64,000 nt of DNA from Deltaproteobacteria bacterium RIFCSPHIGHO2_01_FULL_43_49 (GCA_001798075.1 MGRG01000005.1:193148-257147), one strand, 5' to 3'. Counted from the stretch's first letter, positions 35,871 through 46,578 are shown. Notes: a model not told the origin generated them from the letters alone. Numbers and translations are program-made.

Positions 35871-38800
35871 ATGACTTATCAACAAGGGGGCTTCGTGTCT
35901 GAAAAACTTAAAAAACGTGAAAAGGTGATCGTAAAACAAGAGATATCACCGGTTCTTCACTCTGTGCCGAAAGGATTGACTCTGAATCGTCTTTTTGCAA
36001 AAGAGGGGAGCGACCCCCTAGATCAAGCTCGTTATGCGAAACGCTCCTCCTTTATCAATAATACCGATGGCTCTGTTGTTTTTAAAATGGAAGATTGTGA
36101 AGTGTCAGAGAGTTGGACGCAACTAGCAACCGATATCTTAGTATCCAAATATTTTAGAAAAAGAGGGGTTGAAGGAGAAGGGCGTGAAACCTCCATTAAG
36201 CAAGTTGTCAACCGAATTGCCAAATCAATTCGAAAGGGGGGGGAAGAGCTGGGAAGTTATTTTGCAACCCCTCAAGATGCCCAAAATTTTGAAGATGAGT
36301 TGAAGTTTTTGTTAGTTCATCAGTATGGAGCTTTTAATTCACCCGTCTGGTTTAATGTGGGACTTTATCATGCTTACGGGATTGAGGGGTCGGGGGGAAA
36401 TTGGCGTTGGGATCCTGCAAGCGATTCGATCGTAGAAACAGAAACAGCCTACAAAAATCCACAGGCTTCAGCCTGTTTTATCCAATCGGTTTCTGATGAT
36501 TTGATGTCTATCTTTGATTTAGCCAAAGCTGAGGCAAAACTTTTCAAATATGGAAGCGGGACAGGGACTAATTTTTCAAGCCTCAGAGGCCGTCAGGAAA
36601 AACTCTCTGGGGGTGGAACATCCTCTGGGTTGATGTCTTTTTTGGAGGTTTTGGACAGAGGAGCTGGGGCCACCAAATCTGGGGGGACAACCAGAAGGGC
36701 AGCCAAAATGGTATGCCTCGATATGGATCATCCTGAAATTGGTGACTTTGTTGAGTGGAAGGTCAGAGAAGAAAGAAAGGCGCAGGCCCTTATTGCCTCT
36801 GGTTTGGATGCGGATTTCAATGGAGAGGCCTATAAAACGGTTTCTGGACAGAATTCCAACAACTCGGTTCGTATCCCCGATGAGTTTATGTATGCCTACT
36901 TGAACGACGGGGATTGGAAGACAAAGTTTAGAACCACCGGTGAGGTTTGCGAAACCTTTAAAGCCAGAGATTTGATGAAAAAGATCGCCTCTGCGGCGTG
37001 GCGCTGTGCCGATCCGGGTGTGCAGTTTGATACTAATACAAATAAATGGCATACTTGTAAAAGTTCAGGAAGAATCAATGCTTCGAATCCCTGCGGAGAG
37101 TATAATTTTTTAGATGACAGCGCCTGCAATTTGGCAAGTCTCAACTTGACGAAATTTTATAATGAAGAGACGCGAACCTTCGACATTGAAAAATTTAGAC
37201 ATGCCTGCAAGATTTTTATTACCGCCCAAGAAATTTTGGTCGATTTTTGTTCCTATCCAACCAAGACCGTTGCTAAAAATAGCCACGATTATCGACCTTT
37301 GGGTCTGGGCTACGCAAATTTAGGGACACTCTTAATGGTTATGGGGCTTTCCTACGACTCGGACGCAGCCAGAAGCATTTGTGCTGCCATTACCGCCGTG
37401 ATGACAGGTCGTAGCTATTTGATCTCCGCAGAGATTGCCTCTCACAAAGGAGCTTTTCCAGGTTTTGCAAAGAATAGAGAACCGATGTTGGAGGTAATGA
37501 GCATGCATAGAGATGCAGCTCTCACCATCGACAAAGAAAAATGCCCTAATTATTTGCGCGAGGCTGCAATAGAAGATTGGAACCGCTGCCTCGAAGCGGG
37601 AGAAAAACATGGCTATCGTAATGCCCAAGCAACGGTCTTAGCTCCAACTGGAACGATTGGTTTGTTGATGGATTGCGACACCACTGGAATCGAACCCGAT
37701 TTTGCCCTCGTCAAATTTAAAAAACTGGCAGGAGGTGGCTATTTTAAAATCGTTAACCAAAGTCTTCCAAAAGCATTGAGGAGTTTGGGTTATACGGAGA
37801 GCCAAATCACCGATATTGTGACTTATATTGTAGGGACTGCTTCTCTGATAGGGGCCCCTCACATTAATTCAGAAAGTTTAAGGGCCAAAGATTTCACCCA
37901 GGAAGAACTTGCTAAAGTAGAAAAGACACTCCCCAGTGTCTTTGATCTCCCCAATGCCTTTACCGTTCATATTTTGGGAAAAGAGACACTGGCACGATTT
38001 GGGCTCACCGAAGAACAATACACAAAGCCCAATTTTAATATGTTGAAAGCCCTAGGTTTTAGTCCTGTGCAGATAGAAGAGGCCTCTTTAGTCATTTGTG
38101 GGAGAATGACAGTGGAGGGGGCCCCTCATTTGAAAGAAGAGCATCTTCCCGTTTTTGATTGTGCTAACAAATGTGGAAAATCAGGAAAGCGTTTCTTGGC
38201 CCCCATGTCCCATGTGAAGATGATGGCAGCTGCACAGCCTTTTATCAGCGGAGCCATTTCGAAGACAATCAATATTCCCAATGAAGCCACTATTGAAGAT
38301 ATAGAAAATCTTTATGTGGAAACCTGGCGTTTGGGATTGAAAGCCGTTGCCCTCTATCGTGATGGTTGCAAAATGTCTCAGCCGCTCAATGCGATGAGCG
38401 ATTCCCAGGCCAAGAAACAGACTGAAGCAGAAAAGAGTGCCCCGGCACCACAGCAGGTTGTTTTAAAACGACGCAGGCTTTCGAAGAAGCGTCGTGGGTT
38501 TACATTGGAAGCAAGAGTAGGGGGTCAGAAAGTTTATTTAAGAACGGGTGAATACAACGAAGGGGGCCTGGGGGAAATCTTTGTCGACATGCACAAGGAG
38601 GGGGCTGCGTTTAGAAGCATGATGAACTGTTTTGCCATCGCTGTCTCTTTGGGACTCCAATATGGGGTTCCCCTCGAAGAATATGTCGACTGCTTTACCT
38701 TTACCCGGTTTGAACCGCATGGAGTAGTCGATCATCCCAACATCAAGATGGCAACCTCTGTAATCGATTTTATCTTTAGAGTTTTGGGGATGGAATATTT

Positions 38801-39098
38801 AGGAAGGACCGATTTTGTCCAGGTCAAGCCCTCCAAAGATGAAGATGTCGTTTTAGAGCTGGAGAGTAAGAACAGAGAACAGAAGTCAGAGAACAGAAAA
38901 CAGAAAACAGATGGCAATGTAGTGCCCTTAAGTATTCGAACCTCGAACCTCGAACCTCGAACCTCGAACAGCCCCAACGAACATCTATCCACTATGATGG
39001 GGGATGCCCCTTTTTGCGATTCTTGCGGTCATGTAACAGTGCGGAACGGATCTTGTTACCGCTGCCTGAACTGCGGCAATTCAATGGGGTGTAGTTAA
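35871..39098 (+). CDS. nrdJ: adenosylcobalamin-dependent (class II) ribonucleoside-diphosphate reductase
   Basis: 1075 aa. Active-site NPCGEY. C-terminal zinc ribbon [13 protein letters not shown]. Contains a low-complexity K/E/N/Q-rich insert and an RTSNLEP tandem repeat near residue 1020. Confidence 0.9.
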   Translation: MTYQQGGFVSEKLKKREKVIVKQEISPVLHSVPKGLTLNRLFAKEGSDPLDQARYAKRSSFINNTDGSVVFKMEDCEVSESWTQLATDILVSKYFRKRGVEGEGRETSIKQVVNRIAKSIRKGGEELGSYFATPQDAQNFEDELKFLLVHQYGAFNSPVWFNVGLYHAYGIEGSGGNWRWDPASDSIVETETAYKNPQASACFIQSVSDDLMSIFDLAKAEAKLFKYGSGTGTNFSSLRGRQEKLSGGGTSSGLMSFLEVLDRGAGATKSGGTTRRAAKMVCLDMDHPEIGDFVEWKVREERKAQALIASGLDADFNGEAYKTVSGQNSNNSVRIPDEFMYAYLNDGDWKTKFRTTGEVCETFKARDLMKKIASAAWRCADPGVQFDTNTNKWHTCKSSGRINASNPCGEYNFLDDSACNLASLNLTKFYNEETRTFDIEKFRHACKIFITAQEILVDFCSYPTKTVAKNSHDYRPLGLGYANLGTLLMVMGLSYDSDAARSICAAITAVMTGRSYLISAEIASHKGAFPGFAKNREPMLEVMSMHRDAALTIDKEKCPNYLREAAIEDWNRCLEAGEKHGYRNAQATVLAPTGTIGLLMDCDTTGIEPDFALVKFKKLAGGGYFKIVNQSLPKALRSLGYTESQITDIVTYIVGTASLIGAPHINSESLRAKDFTQEELAKVEKTLPSVFDLPNAFTVHILGKETLARFGLTEEQYTKPNFNMLKALGFSPVQIEEASLVICGRMTVEGAPHLKEEHLPVFDCANKCGKSGKRFLAPMSHVKMMAAAQPFISGAISKTINIPNEATIEDIENLYVETWRLGLKAVALYRDGCKMSQPLNAMSDSQAKKQTEAEKSAPAPQQVVLKRRRLSKKRRGFTLEARVGGQKVYLRTGEYNEGGLGEIFVDMHKEGAAFRSMMNCFAIAVSLGLQYGVPLEEYVDCFTFTRFEPHGVVDHPNIKMATSVIDFIFRVLGMEYLGRTDFVQVKPSKDEDVVLELESKNREQKSENRKQKTDGNVVPLSIRTSNLEPRTSNSPNEHLSTMMGDAPFCDSCGHVTVRNGSCYRCLNCGNSMGCS

Positions 39099-40039
39099 AG
39101 TTTCAAGCGGCGGCGGAGATCGCTGAGTTCTCGTTGGATGCGAACATCAGAGGCTTCTTCTTTCTTGAGTTGGTTCAAACGCTTTTCTTCAATCTCTGGC
39201 CACAATCCTTTTTCTTTTAATGCTTTTGAGAGTAGTTCTGCCTCAGAGTGGGAAAGAGTTGTAGTATGGAGCACATGTTCTTCAAACGCCTCCCAAGCAA
39301 TCGGACAATATTGTTTCACAAAATGGGCCATGGCTTCGGCAAAAACACGGATTTCTTTTTGGGCATGGGCATCTAGGCGCAGGCTTAGGAAATGCAAGAG
39401 GTTATGAAGATCAATTTTCCAATACCATTCGGTATAAATAGATAGGGGAAGATTGGCTCTAGCCACTTCTCTGGCAACCCCCACCTTCAGGTAGTGTTGG
39501 TATTCCTCGTAGAGTCTTTTTTGGTCTTCCTGAAACGATTTTTGGATCTCTTTGGCCTCAGGGATTGCAACCGCTTCTTCTTCTGAAGAACCTTGCCTGT
39601 TCGTTACCGATTGTTTGCGTAAATCTTCAGTTTCTGGAATCCAGAAAACATCTTCCATGATGGAATAACGCCCACTCATTTCGTTGACGTTAGCAGTGCG
39701 GTGTCTGATCCACTGGCGAGCGACAAAAATAGGCATTTTGCAGTGAAACTTGAATTCCACCATTTCAAAAGGGGTAGTATGGCGGTGTTGCATCAGATAA
39801 AAAATCAAAGCGCGGTCGGCACGAACCGATTTTGTCCCTTTGCCGTAGGAAACGCGGGCTGACTGAACGATGGAGGAATCGTCTCCCATCACCTCCACAA
39901 GGCGGACAAAACCTTTATCAAGGCAAGGAATATAGTTGGGGTCTGATTTGATGTCGTAGTCTTCCTTGGGATTTACTTGTGTGATTTCGCCCATAGAGTT
40001 TGCTTGACCTCTTCTGGAACATCCCTTAGAAATATGCAT
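39095..40039 (-). CDS. thyX: FAD-dependent thymidylate synthase
   Basis: ThyX signature [14 protein letters not shown]. The probable true start is the ATG at 39994 (MGEITQ). Confidence 0.9.
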   Translation of the reverse strand: MHISKGCSRRGQANSMGEITQVNPKEDYDIKSDPNYIPCLDKGFVRLVEVMGDDSSIVQSARVSYGKGTKSVRADRALIFYLMQHRHTTPFEMVEFKFHCKMPIFVARQWIRHRTANVNEMSGRYSIMEDVFWIPETEDLRKQSVTNRQGSSEEEAVAIPEAKEIQKSFQEDQKRLYEEYQHYLKVGVAREVARANLPLSIYTEWYWKIDLHNLLHFLSLRLDAHAQKEIRVFAEAMAHFVKQYCPIAWEAFEEHVLHTTTLSHSEAELLSKALKEKGLWPEIEEKRLNQLKKEEASDVRIQRELSDLRRRLKL

Positions 40040-40047
40040 TCCGTCAA

Positions 40048-40662
40048 ATGGAAATTTCCCAACGTAAACCTTGGCTAGAAAGAACGATCACTCTGTTGCT
40101 GATTGCCTATTTCATCTTTGGTTATCTTCCCATCGCAAGCTGGAATGAATCTAGGGGTTTTTATCATATCCTTGGATTTTCCTGGGAAGAAAAGATCCCT
40201 TTTATAACCCCCTTTATCTTGGGCTACAGCCTCGTTTATGGAAGTGTATTTTTTATTTATTGGGTCATTCCCAATTGGGTTGTTTTCAAAAAGATGGCGT
40301 GGGGATTTTTTTGGGTTACAACCATTCATTATGTTTTTTTCGTTCTTTATCCGGTCAAGATGGTTTGGAGACCAGAAATTGTTGAAGCAAAAGACCTATT
40401 TGAATGGATTGCTAAATTTATTTTTTCACTCGACAACACCTATAATTGTTTTCCTTCACTCCATGTTGCCTACCCCACACTCGCCACCACCCTTGCCTGG
40501 AAGTTTGTTCCCAAGATGCGATATTGGTTTGCGGCCATGGCCCTCATTACCGCTATTTCAGTCGTGTTGGTGAAACAGCACTATATTGTGGATGCCATCG
40601 GAGGGATGGTTGTTTCCATTCTGATTGGTTTGGTGCTGATAAGAACAAGCTCAAATGGTTAG
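40048..40662 (+). CDS. PAP2-superfamily-like integral membrane protein
   Basis: Five to six TM helices. PSLH and KQHYIVDAIGG resemble the PAP2 motifs 2 and 3. The assignment is tentative. Confidence 0.45.
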   Translation: MEISQRKPWLERTITLLLIAYFIFGYLPIASWNESRGFYHILGFSWEEKIPFITPFILGYSLVYGSVFFIYWVIPNWVVFKKMAWGFFWVTTIHYVFFVLYPVKMVWRPEIVEAKDLFEWIAKFIFSLDNTYNCFPSLHVAYPTLATTLAWKFVPKMRYWFAAMALITAISVVLVKQHYIVDAIGGMVVSILIGLVLIRTSSNG

Positions 40663-40689
40663 CGATAGGCTAACCCCCTGACACTTTTC

Positions 40690-40859
40690 GTTCCCAAGCA
40701 GGCGTGGCGGAAGGCTAACCCAAGGGACGTTATCAAAATGGGGGTGATCCCCCATTTTGCACTCTCTCTCGCCCCGCCAATTATTCAGAACCCCCATAAT
40801 GTGTGGCGGGGCTGCGAGAAGCCGCTTGGGTTAGCCTTCCGCCACGCCTGCTTGGGAAC
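40690..40859. repeat. 34-bp perfect inverted repeat pair flanking a 102-bp internally palindromic core (MITE-like or structured-RNA candidate)
   Basis: gttcccaagcaggcgtggcggaaggctaacccaa at 40690-40723. Its exact reverse complement is at 40826-40859. The core contains aaaatgggggtgatcccccatttt and gccccgcca...tggcggggc. Confidence 0.8.
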
Positions 40860-41066
40860 GGACAAGACTAGACTGGTGAAAAAGTCGCGCGAGGGATGCG
40901 TTTTGAGAAAAGCGTCTCGGAGCCCATTTTCACAAACGGGAAATAAAGATAAAATGGGCGAGAGTCGAGCGGCGATTTTGGGTCGTCCAAAAATCGACCA
41001 CGTCTTTTCGAAAAACCATCCCGGAAGCGACTTTTTCATCATATCCAAAAAATATCAGAGGGCTGG

Positions 41067-41642
41067 CTATCGATAGGGGATTTTTTGAACAGGTGGTGGC
41101 TCGGAATAAGGGATATGAATAGTTTTCTTTGTTTTTTGCGTCGGAATAGTTTTAGTCTCACTTTTTGGATAAACATCGTAGGTATCAGAGGAAACTTGTG
41201 TGGTTCCAAAAATTTGGTTGGACAACAATGTATCCCTTGACACGGCTTTTTTAACCTCTCCCTGGTCCTTGTTTTTAGTTTTTTTGGATGGGAGCTCTCC
41301 CAGTTCGTAGGTTCCCTCACCTTTTTGTTTTTTCTCTTCTTCAAAAGAGTCATAGATCACTTTGATTTCCATTTCTCCAGCCTTGCCCGTTTTTTTAAGA
41401 GGGGCCTGTTTCGTTGTGGTTGTGGAAGGTAATGCAGGAGGGGGTGGTTTGGCATAGGGTTCTCCTGTGAGTGGTTGCACGACAGGAGTCCCTACCGGTT
41501 GGACCACTTGACCAATCCCTGTTGTCAACGTTGTGTTGGGATCATTTCCGAGAAGTGCTTTGCGAGTATCATCGTTTGCCTGCGCATACACTTTTTGGCT
41601 GAGGCAACAAGCAATTAGAATTGACAAGACGCAGCATTTCAT
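41067..41642 (-). CDS. hypothetical secreted Pro/Lys/Thr-rich protein
   Basis: Signal peptide MKCCVLSILIACCLSQKVYAQA. Low-complexity PPPP/TTTT/KK-rich body. Confidence 0.5.
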   Translation of the reverse strand: MKCCVLSILIACCLSQKVYAQANDDTRKALLGNDPNTTLTTGIGQVVQPVGTPVVQPLTGEPYAKPPPPALPSTTTTKQAPLKKTGKAGEMEIKVIYDSFEEEKKQKGEGTYELGELPSKKTKNKDQGEVKKAVSRDTLLSNQIFGTTQVSSDTYDVYPKSETKTIPTQKTKKTIHIPYSEPPPVQKIPYR

Positions 41643-41731
41643 ACACTTCAGTATATCAGGTGCCAGGTACCTTTTGCAACAATTTCAACTAGAGTTTTGC
41701 ATTGCACGAAAAAGGTACCTGGCACCTTTAT

Positions 41732-42154
41732 ATGAAAAAGGTTCTTTTTATTTGTCTTGGTAACGCCTGCCGTTCTCAAATTGCAGAAGCCTTTGCTAAG
41801 GTTTATGGGGAGGGGTTCATTGAGGCTTATAGTGCAGGGGTTAAGCCGGCCGGTTTTGTCCATGACAAGACAATTGCTGTAATGGATGAAGTGGAAATTG
41901 ACTTGCGCGGGGCTGCTTCCAAACCGATTGATCCTGTCTTATTGTCTCAGGTTGATTGGCTTGTCACTTTGTCTGAAGAAGCCAAGCCCATATTTCCTGC
42001 CACTTCAAATCATGCCCGTAAACTCCATTGGTCGATTGATGACCCCGTTTCTGTTTTTGGCAAGGAAGAAAGAATCTTTCAGGCATTTCGGATGACTCGC
42101 GATGAAATAGAAAGAAGGGTAAAAACCCTAATGGATCAAATTAAGCAGTCCTAG
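41732..42154 (+). CDS. low-molecular-weight protein-tyrosine phosphatase / ArsC family protein
   Basis: P-loop CLGNACRSQIAEAF. It lacks the Cys82/Cys89 pair of thioredoxin-coupled ArsC, so it may be the phosphatase partner of the adjacent BY-kinase. Confidence 0.75.
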   Translation: MKKVLFICLGNACRSQIAEAFAKVYGEGFIEAYSAGVKPAGFVHDKTIAVMDEVEIDLRGAASKPIDPVLLSQVDWLVTLSEEAKPIFPATSNHARKLHWSIDDPVSVFGKEERIFQAFRMTRDEIERRVKTLMDQIKQS

Positions 42155-44135
42155 AGAAAATTTTCTCCCACCAACTTTTCCCTTGTGATTTTTTTCTATG
42201 CCGTTCTCGAACTAATTGTTCGTCGGGCCCATAGTATTCTTTATAGTAGTAGTAAGTGGGGGCCATCTTCATCTCTGCGGCCTTGATGTTATTGAGGACA
42301 ACACCCAAAACATTGGCTCCAGTGCTCGCCATCTGTACCTTGGCGCGCTTCAAGGCCCCTCTGGCAGTTCTTCCCACTTGATAGACAAGGATAACGCCAT
42401 CTACTTGCGGGCCCAAAACTGAAGCATCGGAGACGGGTAAAACAGGGGGGGTGTCAATGATCACGAAATCAAAATTTTGTCGCAGCTCCGTTAAAAGGGT
42501 TCTCATCTTATCAAGGGATAAAAGTTCTGCGGGGTTGGGTGGGAGTCTGCCCGAGGTCAAAAGATAAAAATTATCAATTCCCATGGTTTGGAGAATTCTA
42601 TCGGGCGGAAGTTCGCCAACGAGCAGATCTGTTGTTTTGCGAATAACATCTGACCAGGGGATATCTTTGGTGAGTATCTCGACTAAGCCCGGTTCTTTGT
42701 TCACCCCCAAGATTCTACTCACGGTTTCCCTTCTTAAATCCCCTGAGACAAGACAGGTCTTTTGGCCATTTTGGGCCAAAGTGAGGCTTAAGTTAAGAGC
42801 GGTGAGTGATTTACCCTCTCTGGCCCCTGCGCTGGTGATTTCCAAAATTTGTCCCTTCTTTTGGGCTACCGCAAAATTGACGTTTGTTCTTAGGGTTTTA
42901 TAGGCCTCCAAAGACGAAAATTGATGCTCCTCGCCACTGAGCATAATCAGTTTTCTAACCTCTTCGATGGCCGTTATGTCACTTCCTCCAGACCGCTGAA
43001 AAGCCTTGAAGGGTAAAAATTTCAGCCAATTCCTCCACTCCCATTTTTTTTCAGGAGGGGTGAAGTGGACCATTTCTGGGATAACTCCAAGAATTGGCAC
43101 TTGGAGGAAATCCTCAACCTCTTCGATTGTGGAAATAGAGGTGTCGACATTTTCTTTAACGAAAGCCAACAAAATTCCCAGGATCAGAGAAATGACAGCG
43201 CCAATCGTGACATTTTTTTGAAGATCAGGAGCAATGGGGGAGTCGGGGGGGCTGGCAACATCTAGAATAGTTATTCCAGAAACAGTTTGGGCTTCGGCAA
43301 TTTTGGCATCTTCATATTTTTGCTTGAGACCTCCATAGATAGAGTTCAAGGATTGTAATTCCCCTGTTAACTTATTGAATTGCATTTCCAGTTCAGGAAA
43401 TTTTGCCAACCTTACTTTTAGATTTTCAATTTGTCCCCTTAACTCAGTGACTTCTGGATGTCTGTCGGTATATTTTTCTAGGAGATTGCTAAGTTTGATC
43501 TCCATGTCGACCACTTGTGACTGAAAGGTTCCTAGTGAAGCCCCAATGGGATTTTTTTCCTTAAACTCTCTAACTTCTACTTCTTTCAGGCGCAATTTTT
43601 CCTCGTTTTCCTTTAGTAAATCCCATACATATTCCCGAACCTGTTTTGCTTGTTCATTATGATCTTTGAGACTCCATATTTGATAACCTTTGGCTACGGC
43701 ATTAACAATCATGGCGGCCTGTTTGGAATCGTTGGTTGTCACTGAGATATCGAGGATGTTTGTATTTCCTCTTTTAGAAGGGATAACTCCTTGAAAGGGT
43801 TCGATAATAGCTCCGACCTCCTTTTCGGTCATACCTTCTTTTATGAGTCCAAGAGCAGATGCGGCCTCGTGAGCAACACCACTTGTGCTAATAACTTCCA
43901 TTTGAGCTTCAAAAAAATCAGTTCCCTCCCATACATCAAATGTCGGGTCCGTCGTTCCTGCTGTTCTTGGTTTGTCCACTTTTACCGAGGCAGCGGCTTT
44001 ATAAGTGGGAGGAATGCGTGAGGTATGGATCCAAATGGCCGCTGTAATGATGAAAAATGTTCCTAAAACAATGACTTTACGCCTTTTGACAATACGCCAA
44101 TAATCGCCAAGATCTAATTCATACGTTTTGGGCAT
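42141..44135 (-). CDS. polysaccharide co-polymerase / BY-kinase (Wzc/GumC-like chain-length determinant with C-terminal tyrosine autokinase ATPase)
   Basis: N-terminal TM helix. Long periplasmic coiled-coil domain. Second TM helix. C-terminal Walker A SAGAREGKS, DTPP Walker B, and a terminal Tyr-rich tail (YYYYKEYY). Confidence 0.85.
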   Translation of the reverse strand: MPKTYELDLGDYWRIVKRRKVIVLGTFFIITAAIWIHTSRIPPTYKAAASVKVDKPRTAGTTDPTFDVWEGTDFFEAQMEVISTSGVAHEAASALGLIKEGMTEKEVGAIIEPFQGVIPSKRGNTNILDISVTTNDSKQAAMIVNAVAKGYQIWSLKDHNEQAKQVREYVWDLLKENEEKLRLKEVEVREFKEKNPIGASLGTFQSQVVDMEIKLSNLLEKYTDRHPEVTELRGQIENLKVRLAKFPELEMQFNKLTGELQSLNSIYGGLKQKYEDAKIAEAQTVSGITILDVASPPDSPIAPDLQKNVTIGAVISLILGILLAFVKENVDTSISTIEEVEDFLQVPILGVIPEMVHFTPPEKKWEWRNWLKFLPFKAFQRSGGSDITAIEEVRKLIMLSGEEHQFSSLEAYKTLRTNVNFAVAQKKGQILEITSAGAREGKSLTALNLSLTLAQNGQKTCLVSGDLRRETVSRILGVNKEPGLVEILTKDIPWSDVIRKTTDLLVGELPPDRILQTMGIDNFYLLTSGRLPPNPAELLSLDKMRTLLTELRQNFDFVIIDTPPVLPVSDASVLGPQVDGVILVYQVGRTARGALKRAKVQMASTGANVLGVVLNNIKAAEMKMAPTYYYYKEYYGPDEQLVRERHRKKSQGKSWWEKIFSRTA

Positions 44136-44189
44136 AATTACCGATTTATCATGGATTTAGCTATTTGTATAGAGGATCTTGAATAAAAT

Positions 44190-45233
44190 CTACCTAACCA
44201 AATCTTTAACATCCCTATAAACAGAAGTTCCTAGGAGGGTATTTGATAAAAGAGGGGTGATGCGAGAGATGGCAATATTGAGATTGGCAATAAATAGTCT
44301 TGGAACGTAGACGATGTCACTAGAAGCAAGGGCTATATTTTGACTCAGGTCCCCTTTTAAAATTCTTGCAAGGTTGAGGCGGTAGATTTCTGGTTGTTGC
44401 AATCCTCCACGGATAAGAATTGTTCCCTTTTTAACGGCATCATTGGTAAAACCTCCGGCCAAAGCAATGAGATCAATAATGTTCGATCCTCCGGGAGGGG
44501 AATAAACACCGGGAGATTTTACCTCACCCAATAGAATTACTTTCATTCCGGCGAATTTTTGGATGGCAACGGATACTTGTGGATTTCTGATAAAATTGCT
44601 CAAAGAACTTGTCAGTCTTTCGTCAATCTCCATTAATGTCAAACCAGCCGCAGAAATTTCGCCTACAAACGGATAAGAAATGGAACCATCGGGACGGACA
44701 ATGACAATTTTATCTAAATCAACATTCCTCCAAACAGAGATTTCTAAAACGTCTCCGACTCCAACGCGATAAGGCTGTGGCTTTGCTAGTGGGGTCTCCT
44801 CTGCCATGGCGGGGTATTCCTCTTGCGCGGGGGGATAAACGGTTTCTTCTTCAACCGGCGCTTCTTTTTTCTCTTTCGCTGCTAACTTTTTTGCCTCCCT
44901 TTGCTTAACTTTTTCCTCTTTGAGTCGTTCTTTTTCTTCTTTTTCCTTATCCCGCTGGGCTTGAGACTCTTGCTTAATGGCTGTTTTTGCCATATTGCTG
45001 TAACATTTTTTTAAATAGACATCGGCTTGTTTATAATTAGCATTCAGCTCAATGACTTTTTGAAAAAGTATCTTGGCACTTTCATAATCCTCTTTGGAGT
45101 AAAAGGTCTTTGCCTGGCTGTAGCAATCTTCCATGGTTTCTTGTGTGCAAAGGGAATCACCCGATTGGGCTAAAAGATCGCTGGTGCTAACCACGAAGAA
45201 GAGGAAACTTAAAACTAGAGCGCTATTTCGCAT
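44190..45233 (-). CDS. Wza-like polysaccharide export protein with N-terminal Cys-containing module and K/E-rich coiled coil
   Basis: Signal peptide. Poly_export/SLBB region PQPYRVGVGDVLEISVWRN...VRPDGSISYPFVGEISAAGLTLMEI. Confidence 0.7.
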   Translation of the reverse strand: MRNSALVLSFLFFVVSTSDLLAQSGDSLCTQETMEDCYSQAKTFYSKEDYESAKILFQKVIELNANYKQADVYLKKCYSNMAKTAIKQESQAQRDKEKEEKERLKEEKVKQREAKKLAAKEKKEAPVEEETVYPPAQEEYPAMAEETPLAKPQPYRVGVGDVLEISVWRNVDLDKIVIVRPDGSISYPFVGEISAAGLTLMEIDERLTSSLSNFIRNPQVSVAIQKFAGMKVILLGEVKSPGVYSPPGGSNIIDLIALAGGFTNDAVKKGTILIRGGLQQPEIYRLNLARILKGDLSQNIALASSDIVYVPRLFIANLNIAISRITPLLSNTLLGTSVYRDVKDLVR

Positions 45234-45236
45234 TTT

Positions 45237-46520
45237 CTATTTGCTAGATGTTAGGTGTGTAGATTGTTGAGGTCTCACAACAACTTTGGGTTCTTTAATG
45301 TAATTTTTAAGTTGTTCCGTCAACTCTTGGGTCAGCGCATTAACGGTCAAGCCGGTTGCCTTTATTTTGCCAATCAAAGGGTAGGTTATGGTGCCATCTG
45401 GCTGGACGGTAACACTCTTGTCTAAATCCGGAACTTTAGAGACAGAAACATATAAAGTATCCCCTTGCATAATAGCGCGGGTTTTTTCTTGCGCTGACTC
45501 CATTGCCGGAGGGTATTTTTCAATCAGCTTGGTAGAGGCTTTCTTGGGAGAAGCCATCACCGTTTTAGGAGCAGGGGAAGTTTGGATTGGGCTAAAATCT
45601 TGTTTACCATAGAGGAGTTCTTTGCGTCTTTTTTCTTCAATCTCTCGTTGTTTTAACTTTTCCCTTTCAAGGGCTAGAAGTATTTCTTGCTTTCTTTTTT
45701 CCTCTATTTCCCTTTGCTTTTGTTCTTCTTTCATCAAAGGGGCTAGCAACTCCTGCCTTCTTTTCATCTCCAATTCCCTTTGCTTTTGCTCCTCTTTTTC
45801 CAAAGCAAGGAGGGCCTCTCGTCTCTTTTGCATCTCAGCTTCTCTTTGTTGTTCTTCTAGCCCTTTGAGCTCTATTAAAATTTCCTGGCGTCTTTTAGCT
45901 TCTTGCTGAATTTTTTCTTCCTCTTGTCTTGATTTTTCGAGGAGCTCTTGTTGTTGTTTTTTGGCTTCTTCCTGAAGCCTTTTTTGCTGTTCTCTCATTT
46001 CGGCCATCAGTTCTTGTTTTTGCCTTCTAGCCTCGGCATCGATTTGTCTTTGCTCTTCTCTTCGTTTCGCCAGAATTTCTTGTTCCCAGTCTCTGGGCTC
46101 CCATTTAGAAACAGTACTCAATACTTGAGCTGGGTCAGGGATCTTTTTAGTCTCCAATTGTATTTGTCGCTCTTCTTTTTGTGCTTGTTTTTGGGCCGCC
46201 AATTTCTCTTCAATAATTAGCTTGGCGATTTCGGTATGACATTTCGTAAGGTATACCGAAGCCTTCTTGTAGTTGACGTCAATAGTAATGACTTTTCCAA
46301 AAAGGGATTTTGCACCCTCAAAATCTTTATTGTTAAAAAGATTAACCCCTTCTTCATAGCACTCTGAAAGACTCTCTTTGGTGCAAGAGAGCTCCTCTTG
46401 CTCGAGAGCGAAAACCAAGGGTGAAAAAAACAAGGAAAGCAACAAGGAAACACCAGCTAATGCGACTTTTTGCCTCCCCATAGGTGGCACAAACCTACTA
46501 AATATGGATTTAAGTGTCAA
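45237..46520 (-). CDS. Wza-like polysaccharide export protein, tandem paralog with extended 22-aa K/E/Q/R repeats
   Basis: The N-terminal module is homologous to the neighbour (LSCTKESLSECYEEG...AKSLFGKVITIDVNYKKASVYLTKC). C-terminal IMQGDTLYVSVSKVPDLDKSVTVQPDGTITYPLIGKIKATGLT. Confidence 0.65.
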   Translation of the reverse strand: MTLKSIFSRFVPPMGRQKVALAGVSLLLSLFFSPLVFALEQEELSCTKESLSECYEEGVNLFNNKDFEGAKSLFGKVITIDVNYKKASVYLTKCHTEIAKLIIEEKLAAQKQAQKEERQIQLETKKIPDPAQVLSTVSKWEPRDWEQEILAKRREEQRQIDAEARRQKQELMAEMREQQKRLQEEAKKQQQELLEKSRQEEEKIQQEAKRRQEILIELKGLEEQQREAEMQKRREALLALEKEEQKQRELEMKRRQELLAPLMKEEQKQREIEEKRKQEILLALEREKLKQREIEEKRRKELLYGKQDFSPIQTSPAPKTVMASPKKASTKLIEKYPPAMESAQEKTRAIMQGDTLYVSVSKVPDLDKSVTVQPDGTITYPLIGKIKATGLTVNALTQELTEQLKNYIKEPKVVVRPQQSTHLTSSK

Positions 46521-46578
46521 TTTTTACTTTATCTTTAAAAACGTTTACAGAATGTCTTAAATTGTTTAGAATTCAACC

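Noticed and set aside
40738-41076. ORFs 40738..41076 (plus strand) and 40785..41048 (minus strand)
   Set aside because: They overlap each other and span the perfect 34-bp inverted repeat and its palindromic core. More parsimonious as a non-coding structured element.
41651-41680. sigma-54 promoter reading of tgccaggtaccttttgca
   Set aside because: GG-to-GC spacing is 10 rather than the required 12 (TGGCAC-N5-TTGC). The same palindrome recurs without any GC element.
45388-46220. Plus-strand ORFs 45388..45612, 45622..45909 and 45948..46220, and minus-strand ORF 46217..46453
   Set aside because: They are antisense or alternative frames of the low-complexity K/E-repeat region of the Wza-like paralog. 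Ser/Leu/Cys-rich artefacts.
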